Shown: in pieces, positions 33,854 to 42,819 of the stretch
Position numbering within the stretch: position 1 is the first letter of the stretch
Layout: each line of letters starts with the position of its first letter
Assembly (NCBI GenBank): GCA_963827655.1
Contig: CAWHCF010000044.1
Span: forward strand, 32,001 to 96,000
Reading direction: 5' to 3'
Source: an uncultured Acidobacteriota bacterium
GTDB taxonomy: Bacteria > Acidobacteriota > UBA6911
DNA: 64,000 nucleotides
Translations under genes and position numbers: made by a program
The notes under the pieces: generated by a model
The model's input: only the letters and a program-made list of their open reading frames with translations
Databases searched by the model: none
Told to the model about the DNA's origin: nothing

Positions 33854-34788
33854 ATGGACATCCCACGGGTCCATCCGGGGGCCTTACACCCGGGAGATGC
33901 CATCGGAATCGTAGCACCCGCCGGACCGATAACATCTCGAGACGCGCTCGACCAGAGGTATTGCTACGCTCGAGCGCCTTGGATTCCGCACCCGATTTGA
34001 CGAAAGAATCTTTGACTCGTGGAGGTATCTGGCCGGCGATGACGCATCACGCGCCGGGGAGATCATGAGGTATTTCGACGATCCCGAAATCCGAGCGATC
34101 ATTTCGCTTCGCGGAGGATTTGGCTGTTCAAGGTTGATTCCCTTATTGGATGAGGGGCGGCTGCGCTCTCGGTGCAAGATCTTTATGGGGTTCAGTGATC
34201 TGACCACTCTGCATCTTTACTTTCGGCGGCGATTTGGATGGGTCACGATTCACGGACCGATGGCTACTTCGGCAGTATTGGGTGACCTTGAGGGGACCCA
34301 GGAAGACCACATTATTCGACTCTGGACTGATTCGACTTATCGTCCGGTGTTCTCCTTCCCCCAGCTCGAGACCTGGCACTCCGGAGTAGGCGAAGGAGAA
34401 CTCATTGGTGGCTGCCTCTCCCTGGTAGTAGCGAGTCTAGGGACGCCTTACGAGATACAAGACTGAGGGAAAAATCCTCTTTCTGGAGGATCTGGGCGAG
34501 CCACCCTACCGGATCGACCGCATGCTGACACAGCTCCGGCTGGCGGGAAAGTTTACCAAGCTCCAGGGAATCATTCTCGGGACCTTCAGCGAATGTGAAC
34601 CATTGACGGAGGGCTACACACTCGAGGAGACCCTGAGGGAAGGGCTCGCAGAGCTGGAACTCCCGATTTTAGGCAAGTTTCCCGCCGGACATGGCCGCGA
34701 AAACTGGGCAATTCCATTAGGGGTCACGGTCCGGCTCGACGCCGGAAAGCGAAGGATCGAATTCCTGGAATCCGCCGTCGAGACGTAA
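33854..34788 (+). pseudogene. LD-carboxypeptidase (S66 family) with two +1 frameshifts (~33953 and ~34460); possibly intact in vivo
   Basis: GDAIGIVAPAG (frame 1), RGGFG and GFSDLT (frame 2), LFLED..PYRIDRML and GHG (frame 3); removing one base at each site restores a full protein. Confidence 0.88.
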
Positions 34789-34985
34789 AGGGCATTCATC
34801 AGAGACGGCTCAACAACAGGAAGAAAACTCCAGGCCGTTCAATCGCACGTGCCGTAAGAATGAACTTTACACCGTCCAAAAGAGTTGCTAGACTACGCCT
34901 TCAGCCTCCTCCGAATTGTGGACACGGTGATTGCAGTCTGCAACGTCTAATTAACCAGTTTGAAACCATTTACGGCGATTGCCCC

Positions 34986-35717
34986 ATGAACCTGCGAGCT
35001 TCATTGGCGAGAGTGCAAAATCTTGGCGGTCGTTTCTACCTCCAGCTTGCAAAGCACTTCGATCAGAATACTCTCATTCGAGACACCTGGGTCGAGATGG
35101 CCGATGATTTCCAGAACCAGGTTTCCAGCCTCAAGGAATTGCGGCCGCTGTTCTGGAGGCAACTACAAACAGAGGAAAAGACGCTCCTTACGGTAACCAA
35201 GGCAACCTCTGATCTGCTGCGGACCGAAATAGCAACTCCACCGTCGGAGTGGTCGCTTCAGGCCTGCTTCGCACGCACCCTGGGGTTTGAGGAGCCGATT
35301 ATCATCAAGCTTTATGCCCCATTGCTGTACCGGCTTCGGAGAGCAGGGACCGATCATGCCCTGGACTTCTACATCATGGTCAACGCGCACGTTACGCGAC
35401 TCACACGGCTGATCCAGCTTTTCTCCGGTGATCCGGCCCTGATTGAACGCTGCTCAGCCTTGTTTCACGGTTTCGAGCGGGCAGCCCAGGGGCCTCCGCC
35501 CGAGCCTGTCATAGCCAGGAAGAAAACCCGACTGAAAAAGGCGGCCGCTCGGCGCCATCGCCTCTCTCCCGTGAAGAGAGCGCCGAAGAGGCTTCTCAGG
35601 ACGCACAAGACAGTCAAGCCAAGACGTCCGCTGGCGAAGCGATCCAAAGTTGTCGCCAAACGATCCAAACCTCTGGTTAAAAACCTGAACCTCCGCCGAC
35701 GGCGGGTGCGCCGCTGA
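34986..35717 (+). CDS. Hypothetical helical protein with a very basic K/R-rich C-terminal tail
   Basis: Long ORF with ~70-aa K/R-rich tail ending LRRRRVRR; start uncertain (34860 or 34986). Confidence 0.7.
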   Translation: MNLRASLARVQNLGGRFYLQLAKHFDQNTLIRDTWVEMADDFQNQVSSLKELRPLFWRQLQTEEKTLLTVTKATSDLLRTEIATPPSEWSLQACFARTLGFEEPIIIKLYAPLLYRLRRAGTDHALDFYIMVNAHVTRLTRLIQLFSGDPALIERCSALFHGFERAAQGPPPEPVIARKKTRLKKAAARRHRLSPVKRAPKRLLRTHKTVKPRRPLAKRSKVVAKRSKPLVKNLNLRRRRVRR

Positions 35718-35797
35718 TAGCCTAGAACCCTTCTTATCGACAAAATTCTTAGTGTTTCTTCGCGTCCTCGCGTCTTAGGGGCATTTGTTTCCCATCC

Positions 35798-35914
35798 AAC
35801 CACGAAGACACGAAGACGCTAAGGTTCGTTCGGGGACTTCGCCCCGAACGAAAGGCCCCTTGTGAACGACAACATGTTGGTTTGAACGTTCACTAAGCGC
35901 CTAAGAACGCGAAG
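35798..35914 (+). repeat. Structured dispersed repeat, copy 1
   Basis: Near-identical to 52319-52438; hairpin TTCGTTCGGGG-ACTTCG-CCCCGAACGAA and second stem GTGAACG..CGTTCAC. Confidence 0.85.
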
Positions 35915-36024
35915 AGGCCATCCCTTAACGCGGGTTGATTTTCGGTCTCGCGTTACTCATACTTACCCGACTGTCCCTCACGCAGGGTGGGAGCAGTCAA
36001 TTGATCTTTTTAGGAGGTTTCATC

Positions 36025-37596
36025 TTGCTCAAAGAGCCTACTCCGGGCTGGCCAAATCCGGACGAACTGCGCAGAGACATGGAGGAGTTTTTCAGCAGGA
36101 AGTATGGAGATAAGGTTCGCCTGGGTGTGCTCAGCACCCAGCCAGACCAGGCGCGGACAGCAGACGAAGGTACCGAGCCTGAAGAAGCTCCCCTCGACCT
36201 GCAATTCGAATATCTCCCCCGCGATATCAAGAACTATCTCGACCGGTTCGTCATCCAGCAGGACAACGCCAAGAAAGTCCTCGCAACGGCGATATGTGAT
36301 CACTACAACCACATCAAGCGCTGTTCTGATCGAGGCGAATGCCGGGAAGAATACTCGAAACAGAACATCATCATGCTCGGGCCTACCGGCGTCGGGAAGA
36401 CTTACCTGGTCCGTAAAGTCGCGGATCTGATCGGAGTGCCTTTCGTAAAAGGGGACGCGACCAAGTTTTCCGAGACTGGATACGTCGGCGGGGACGTCGA
36501 AGATCTAGTGCGGGAGCTCGTCCATAAGGCTGACGGGAACATCCGGCTGGCCGAATACGGGATTATCTACCTGGACGAGGTAGACAAGATCGCCGCACCC
36601 TCAAATTTCATGGGACGCGACGTCAGTGGCGGCGGGGTACAGCGCGGTCTCTTGAAGCTAATGGAGGAAACTGAAGTAAGTCTGCGCACTCCGTTCGATC
36701 TGACCTCCCAGCTGCAGGCTGCCATGGAGTTTCAGAGCAAGGGGAAGGTGAGCCGGTCGGTGATCAATACCCGGCACATTCTGTTTATCGTAAGCGGAGC
36801 CTTCACCGGACTCTCCGAAATCGTTCGCAAGCGCATGGGTATGCGCAGCATCGGATTTCGCGCCGGGTGGGCGGCGGCACCCAAGAATGAAGACTATCTT
36901 CCGTTTGCCAAAAGCTCGGATTTTATTGACTTCGGCTTTGAGTCGGAATTCGTCGGCCGCTTGCCGGTGGTTGTCAGCTGCGCTGAACTGGAGATCGAGG
37001 ACCTGTTCCAGATTCTGAAGCATTCGGAGGGGTCGATCATGCGTCAATATGTCCAGGCTTTCGAGGCGTACGGGATCGAACTTAGCCTCTCCGACGAAGG
37101 CTTGCACCGCCTTGCCGAGAAGGCTTACCTCGAGCGCACCGGGGCTCGGGGACTCGTGGGCGTCTGCGAACGGACGTTCCGCGAGTTCAAATACCGGCTG
37201 CCGCATTCAGGAGTGCGAAAAATTGCGCTTACGGCGGACATGGTCGACTCGCCCAGTCAGGTTCTGGAAAGGCTCGTGGCGGAATCCAGGACGGACCAGC
37301 GGGCGAATCTGGTTCAGGCGGCGCAGGAAATCATGGCCCACTGGTCAAAGCGCTTCAGCATTGAAATAGAACTCTCGCCCGAAGCGGCCGAGTTGCTTGC
37401 GGAGAAGGCGCTCGACAGCGACCGGAAGCTCGAAGATGTGTTCGCCGAGACTTTCAAGAATTATGAGCACGGTCTGAAGCTCATCCGCAAGACTCGCGAA
37501 ATGCACCGCTTCGACATCACTCCCGATGTGATTCGTGATCCGGATGGCACTCTCGACCGCTGGATTCGGGCCTACTACATCAATTCGCCCAGCTAA
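36025..37596 (+). CDS. ClpX-like AAA+ ATPase lacking the N-terminal zinc finger, with a C-terminal extension
   Basis: [30 protein letters not shown] loop, GARGL; AGGAGG before TTG 36025. Confidence 0.88.
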   Translation: MLKEPTPGWPNPDELRRDMEEFFSRKYGDKVRLGVLSTQPDQARTADEGTEPEEAPLDLQFEYLPRDIKNYLDRFVIQQDNAKKVLATAICDHYNHIKRCSDRGECREEYSKQNIIMLGPTGVGKTYLVRKVADLIGVPFVKGDATKFSETGYVGGDVEDLVRELVHKADGNIRLAEYGIIYLDEVDKIAAPSNFMGRDVSGGGVQRGLLKLMEETEVSLRTPFDLTSQLQAAMEFQSKGKVSRSVINTRHILFIVSGAFTGLSEIVRKRMGMRSIGFRAGWAAAPKNEDYLPFAKSSDFIDFGFESEFVGRLPVVVSCAELEIEDLFQILKHSEGSIMRQYVQAFEAYGIELSLSDEGLHRLAEKAYLERTGARGLVGVCERTFREFKYRLPHSGVRKIALTADMVDSPSQVLERLVAESRTDQRANLVQAAQEIMAHWSKRFSIEIELSPEAAELLAEKALDSDRKLEDVFAETFKNYEHGLKLIRKTREMHRFDITPDVIRDPDGTLDRWIRAYYINSPS

Positions 37597-37668
37597 GTAC
37601 CTGCTGTTTGCAATTACGGTGGCGTATTTTGGCAGTTGAGGCTTTAAAAGAAGAGCCGACAGAGACTA

Positions 37669-37755
37669 GGCCCGGCCGAAAGGCCGGGATTAGATGTGCA
37701 TTCAGAAGAGCGCCGAAGGCGCGACACAGCCGTAGTACCGGACCTTCGGACCTCG
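37669..37755. repeat. REP-like palindrome cluster between convergent genes
   Basis: CCCGGCC-GAAA-GGCCGGG, GCGCC-GAA-GGCGC and a degenerate inverted partner GTACCGGACCTTCGGACCT. Confidence 0.6.
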
Positions 37756-37820
37756 TGTCAGGGGCGTCTTGAAAACCCCGCCCCCATCGCTTCGCCTGCC
37801 TACTTTCCCCTCAGCACTTT

Positions 37821-38837
37821 TTACTTTTCACTCTCCAGGTACAGCCGACCCTGGTACGTCTCGCGCGCGGCAAGTGTTCTCTCGATGTCGTACTGGATCT
37901 CGGCTTTAGTCTTGCCCCAGTGCGGGGCTAGGAGTTGATCTTCCGGCGCCAACCCGAAGAGCCGCTCGAGGCGCATGGCGGGATTTAACGCCTCGAGGAA
38001 CTCTACCACGAGATCCAGATACTCACGATAGCCCAGCACCGGAAACGGTTGGCTTTGGTATTCCCTCCCCAAGGCTGTGTGCCTGACGATGTGCAAGTGA
38101 TGCAGCTTCAAGAAATCGATGCCCAAGGCGGAAATAACCGGCGCCATAGCCAGAATCTCCTCCCGGCGCTCCCAGGGAAACCCGAGAATGAGGTGGGTAC
38201 AAAGATAGATTCCCCGATTGCGGGTTCGAGTGACCGCATCGAGCCAGCACCTGTAGTCGTGCCCCCGATTGATCCGAGCGAGCGTTCGATCGTAAATCGA
38301 TTCCAGACCGTATTCGAGAGTTACGAAGTATCTCCTCGAGAGCTCTTCAAACCAAGCCAGTTTCGCGTCATCGACACAGTCGGGACGGGTCCCGACGGAC
38401 AGACCGACGACTTCCGGATGATCAAGCGCCGACTCGTACATCGGCACGAGCCGTTCGAGCGGAGCGTAGGTATTTGTAAAGGGCTGAAAGTAAACAATAA
38501 ACTTCCGGGCGCGGTATCGGCGCCGCAAGTAGTCGATTCCATTCTCCACCTGCTCCCGGATAGGCTTCAATCTGTTGACCGCTTCGGGACGAAAGGAGTC
38601 GTTGTTGCAGTAGGTGCAGCCTCCTACGGCCACCGTTCCATCTCTATTGGGACAGGTAAAACCGCCGTCGACGATCACTTTATAAACGCGGCAGCCGAAC
38701 TTCTCTCTCAGGAAGGGGCCGTATGCGTTGTAGCGGGCGCCGCGGGCGAACGGCCCATGGCCGGGGACAATCGCTGGGAGCACCGCCTCGTCAACAATTC
38801 CTGCCATAACTTCAACAGTATAATCGGGTCTTGGCAA
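37821..38837 (-). CDS. TIGR01212/YhcC-family radical SAM protein
   Basis: GFTCPNRDG..GGCTYC, YFQPFTNTY, GTRPDC, NRGHD; start codon uncertain. Confidence 0.92.
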   Translation of the reverse strand: MPRPDYTVEVMAGIVDEAVLPAIVPGHGPFARGARYNAYGPFLREKFGCRVYKVIVDGGFTCPNRDGTVAVGGCTYCNNDSFRPEAVNRLKPIREQVENGIDYLRRRYRARKFIVYFQPFTNTYAPLERLVPMYESALDHPEVVGLSVGTRPDCVDDAKLAWFEELSRRYFVTLEYGLESIYDRTLARINRGHDYRCWLDAVTRTRNRGIYLCTHLILGFPWERREEILAMAPVISALGIDFLKLHHLHIVRHTALGREYQSQPFPVLGYREYLDLVVEFLEALNPAMRLERLFGLAPEDQLLAPHWGKTKAEIQYDIERTLAARETYQGRLYLESEK

Positions 38838-38908
38838 AGGTTCCTGCTGTTTCTTCGTATCTTCTTGTCCTAGTTACGGGAAACGCCAGAGAAGAGCCGA
38901 GATGATTC

Positions 38909-39958
38909 TCAGCCAGGCACAGGCACTCCCAGCCGGTCGGCCAGCGTCTTGAGCTGTTTCCAGTTCCCGTCGTCGATTGGAATTCCGTTCCTGCTGCGCT
39001 CCGCAAGAGCGCGCCGTTCAGGATCACCCGGCAGCAGTATTTCTTTTACATTTTCGGCGGTCGGGCAGCTGCGAATGTACGAAGCCACTCCCGTGACCTC
39101 GTGCAGAAAGTGTTCTATCCCGCCGAAGTGTGACGGATCCAGCAGAACAAAAACGGCATCATTGCCCAGAGGGGGCTCCGGGTTGGGGCGGGAGCACCAT
39201 CCGCCCGACAGTCCGCCGGCGAGCATGTCGATGACCAGGCCAAGCCCAAAGCCCTTGTACGCTTGATCTCCCCCCATGGGGAGGAGCGAACCCGGAGGAT
39301 CGCCATAGAGCTGATTCGGGTCGATGGTAGGCTTGCCATCCGGGTCGAGCAACCAGCCAGGCGGACAGCTCTTGCCGGCGATGCGATAACCGCGGACTTT
39401 TCCCTCTGCGACGGCGGAGGTGCCAAAATCCAGCACGATAGGCTCGGCCGACGTGGGTACGCCGATGCAAAGCGGATTGGTCCCGAGTACAGGGCGCTTC
39501 CCCCCCGGGGGAGCCACCCGCTGGGCGGCGCCGTGGGTGTTGACCACCGCGATTGTCACCAGACCCGCGGCCGCCCCGATCTCGCCGTACTCTCCCACGC
39601 GGCCAATGTGGCCACTGCGTCTCAGCGTGCCGCAGCCCACACCCGTCTCCTTGGCCTTAGGCACAAGCCGCGTCAGCAACCGCTGTGCCTGAACCTGCCC
39701 GAAGCCCCAGCCTCCGTCGCAAGCCAGTACCGAAGCCGTTTCCCTAAGGACTTCAAGCTCCACTCCCGGATGCATCCGCCCCTCGCGCACGAATTCCACG
39801 TAATAAGGAATTCGCATCACGCCGTGCGAGTCATGACCGCGCAGGTTGGCGCCAATAAGGCTGCGCGCGACAACCGCCGCCTCCGCAGCGGATGCTCCTC
39901 CTGAGATCAGGAGCGCTCCAGCGAATTCTTCGAGCTCCCGAGATCGAATGATAGGCAT
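38909..39958 (-). CDS. Ldh_2-family (type-2 malate/L-lactate dehydrogenase-like) oxidoreductase
   Basis: RGHDSHG, HIGRVG, GTNP, GEGK-like AEGKV, YKGFGL, LPGDPE. Confidence 0.92.
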   Translation of the reverse strand: MPIIRSRELEEFAGALLISGGASAAEAAVVARSLIGANLRGHDSHGVMRIPYYVEFVREGRMHPGVELEVLRETASVLACDGGWGFGQVQAQRLLTRLVPKAKETGVGCGTLRRSGHIGRVGEYGEIGAAAGLVTIAVVNTHGAAQRVAPPGGKRPVLGTNPLCIGVPTSAEPIVLDFGTSAVAEGKVRGYRIAGKSCPPGWLLDPDGKPTIDPNQLYGDPPGSLLPMGGDQAYKGFGLGLVIDMLAGGLSGGWCSRPNPEPPLGNDAVFVLLDPSHFGGIEHFLHEVTGVASYIRSCPTAENVKEILLPGDPERRALAERSRNGIPIDDGNWKQLKTLADRLGVPVPG

Positions 39959-40056
39959 AATGGCTCCACTGTCTACTGCCTACTGGTATTCTAAAGCACC
40001 GGCACCTATAATGAGCCCCGTTTCACCCCTGCGCAGGCCAGCCAACATAGGAGAAA

Positions 40057-41271
40057 ATGATGGAACGACTGTCCGGACTCCTGGGCATTGTGGCAATCCT
40101 GGGGATCGCTTATCTTTTTTCCACCAATCGAAGAGCGATCCGGCCGAAGACTATAGTCTGGGGGCTGAGCCTGCAATTTGTTATTGGGGTTCTGGTGCTG
40201 CGAACCGCTGCAGGACAGAAAACCTTCCACTGGATCGGAGATAAGATTAACCAACTGCTGTCATTTGCCAAGGCCGGATCCTCTCTTGTATTCGGCGAAC
40301 TAGGCACGCCGGGCAACACGGTTGCGATTTTTGCGTTCCAGGTTTTGCCGACGATCATTTTCATCGCGGCTCTCTTTGCCATTCTCTATCACTTTGGCGT
40401 CATGCAGATCGTCGTCCTGGCGTTCGCCAAGGTCATGACGCGTCTGATGGGGGCGAGCGGCGCCGAGTCGCTCAATGTCGCTGCCAGTATCTTCATGGGA
40501 CAGACCGAAGCACCCCTCACGATACGTCCCTTCCTTTCGGCGATGACCCGCTCAGAGCTCATGACCGTCATGACCAGCGGCATGGCCCATATTTCGGGCG
40601 GAATCATGGCCGCTTACATCGCCTTCGGAGTCGAGGCGCGGCATCTCCTGACCGCCGTTATCATGACCGCGCCGGGAACAATCTTGATGGCGAAGATGTT
40701 CGTTCCGGAAACCGAAGAACCCAAGACAGCCGGCGACGTGAGATTAAGAATCGAAAGGACAGATGTCAACGTCATCGATGCGGCTGCCCGCGGGACGGGA
40801 GAGGGGCTGATGCTGGCGTTGAATGTGGGCGCCATGCTGATCGCCTTCCTGGCGCTGATTGCGCTGGTGAACGCACTCCTTGGCGTCATCCCGCTCGGAG
40901 AAGGCCGGAAACTGAGCCTCGAACTGATCTTCGGTTACGCAGCCGCCCCGCTCGCCTGGCTCATGGGCGTCCCCTGGAGAGACTGTTTCCCGGTTGGAAA
41001 TCTGCTCGGAACTCGCCTGGTTCTCAACGAGCTGATCGCGTATTCCCAGCTCGGATCGATGAAGGAGACTCTCGATCCTCGTTCATTTGTGATCGCAACC
41101 TTCGCCCTCTGCGGCTTTGCCAACTTCAGTTCGATCGGGATCCAGCTCGGCGGCATTGGCTCGCTGGCTCCGGACCGGAAGCATGACCTGGCGCGGCTGG
41201 GCTTTCGCGCCGTAGCAGCAGGGACGCTGGCCAATTATTTATCCGCATCCATTGCAGGAATCCTTCTCTGA
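40057..41271 (+). CDS. Concentrative nucleoside transporter (NupC/CNT family)
   Basis: FAFQVLPTIIF, IFMGQTEAPL, LNELIAY, FALCGFANFSS. Confidence 0.95.
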   Translation: MMERLSGLLGIVAILGIAYLFSTNRRAIRPKTIVWGLSLQFVIGVLVLRTAAGQKTFHWIGDKINQLLSFAKAGSSLVFGELGTPGNTVAIFAFQVLPTIIFIAALFAILYHFGVMQIVVLAFAKVMTRLMGASGAESLNVAASIFMGQTEAPLTIRPFLSAMTRSELMTVMTSGMAHISGGIMAAYIAFGVEARHLLTAVIMTAPGTILMAKMFVPETEEPKTAGDVRLRIERTDVNVIDAAARGTGEGLMLALNVGAMLIAFLALIALVNALLGVIPLGEGRKLSLELIFGYAAAPLAWLMGVPWRDCFPVGNLLGTRLVLNELIAYSQLGSMKETLDPRSFVIATFALCGFANFSSIGIQLGGIGSLAPDRKHDLARLGFRAVAAGTLANYLSASIAGILL

Positions 41272-41296
41272 TGCTTCTGGCGCCTTGGCGGTGAAG

Positions 41297-42709
41297 CTAG
41301 GTCGTGACCGGCGGATGGTACGGAAGCGTCTGAGCAAGAAGCCAGCAAAGTATCAGGACGATCGGGATATGAAACAAGAGCTGGAGAATTGAATACCCGG
41401 CAAGATCTCTCGCGCGCACATTGAGGATTCCCATGAGCGGCAGCATCCAGAATGGGTTGACCAGGTTTGGCAGCGCTTCGGCGGCATTGTAGATCTGTAC
41501 CACCCATCCCAAATGCACCTGCCAGGCATTGGCTGCCGACATCACGTACGGAGCTTCGATGACCCATTTGGCGCCGCCTGAAGGAATGAACATGCCAAGA
41601 ATCGCGGAGTAGACTGCAACGACGAGCGGCAGGGTACTCTTGGAGGTAACTCGGACGAAGAGATTCGACAGTGCGGTCGCGATCGACGTCTTGGAAATGA
41701 GCCCGAAGATTCCAGCGTAGAACGGGTACTGGATCAAAACTCCAGCGGTGGCGGGGACGGATTTGGCCACCGCCTTCAAGAATGATCTCGGCCGGCCGTG
41801 CAGCAAAAGCCCCAGGGTCAAAAAGGTGAAGTTGAAGTTGTTCAGATCCAGTACGGCGACGGGTCCTTTCTCTCGAAGCTGGATCACGAGAAAGGCAAGC
41901 ATGATGGCGGAAATCAGCAGGGTCATTATCGGGCTGTTATCCAGTCGTTCGCCCGGAGTCTTAGGCGCTTCCTGTTCGATGACGAAAGGCTCGAAATGCG
42001 CCCCCATTTTCCCGGCGGTTCTCGCCTGGTCGGGGTGAGGGCAAGAAAAATAAGCGACGGCGACCGATGCGATAATCAAGATGACCGCCATGAGCAGGCT
42101 TTGCCAAAGGAATATAGTCTGGGATAGCGGGATTACTCCCGTGATCGGCAAAAGAGCCGGCGGGATCGAAGATTCGGTGGCCTGCAACAAGGCGGCGGAT
42201 GACGACAGACCGAGAGCCCACACGCTGCCCACGCCGAGGTAGGCTGCGGCTCCGATGGCCCGGTAATCTGTGCCGGGGATTCGCCTGGTGGTTTCCCTTA
42301 CGAGCAGCCCGGTGAAAATCAGCGACATCCCCCACGACACCATCGAGGTGATCATTGAAAAGAACGCGACAAAGGCCACGGCGCCGCGCGGCGTTTTCGG
42401 CACCGACGCCAGCCTCTCGATGAGCCAGGCACAAGGGGGAGAGCTTGCGACCACGAAGCCGCCGATAATGATGAGCGCCATCTGCATGGTGAACGGGAGA
42501 AGCACCCAGAAACCATTGCCGAATTCGGAAATAAGCTTTACTGGACCTTCGCCGAGCGCCAGCCCTGCGGCAAACACTACAATGACCCCGGCCAGCGCAA
42601 AGACAAACGCGTCGGGGAAGTATCGTTCGCACACATCCGCGATTGCCATCCCCGCGCGCGCTAGCGGAGGGTCTTGCGCGCGGCCCGATCGAACAGGTGA
42701 CTTTGCCAT
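41297..42709 (-). CDS. Short-chain fatty acid transporter (AtoE family)
   Basis: FPDAFVFA, FTMQMAL, GLSSSA, IPSGG, NPFWMLP; start uncertain (42709 or 42649). Confidence 0.9.
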   Translation of the reverse strand: MAKSPVRSGRAQDPPLARAGMAIADVCERYFPDAFVFALAGVIVVFAAGLALGEGPVKLISEFGNGFWVLLPFTMQMALIIIGGFVVASSPPCAWLIERLASVPKTPRGAVAFVAFFSMITSMVSWGMSLIFTGLLVRETTRRIPGTDYRAIGAAAYLGVGSVWALGLSSSAALLQATESSIPPALLPITGVIPLSQTIFLWQSLLMAVILIIASVAVAYFSCPHPDQARTAGKMGAHFEPFVIEQEAPKTPGERLDNSPIMTLLISAIMLAFLVIQLREKGPVAVLDLNNFNFTFLTLGLLLHGRPRSFLKAVAKSVPATAGVLIQYPFYAGIFGLISKTSIATALSNLFVRVTSKSTLPLVVAVYSAILGMFIPSGGAKWVIEAPYVMSAANAWQVHLGWVVQIYNAAEALPNLVNPFWMLPLMGILNVRARDLAGYSILQLLFHIPIVLILCWLLAQTLPYHPPVTT

Positions 42710-42819
42710 GAGTGGGCCAGTATAAGAAGTCGGAAGACCGACGGCAACCGCCAGGATCATTCAGGCTATTTTGCCTGCCGGCGTCTTCGTGCCAACCGTT
42801 AGCTCTCGTGAGGTGAAAA

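Noticed and set aside
35819-35860. Hammerhead ribozyme in the duplicated element (stem followed by GAAA)
   Set aside because: No CUGANGA core 5' of the stem.
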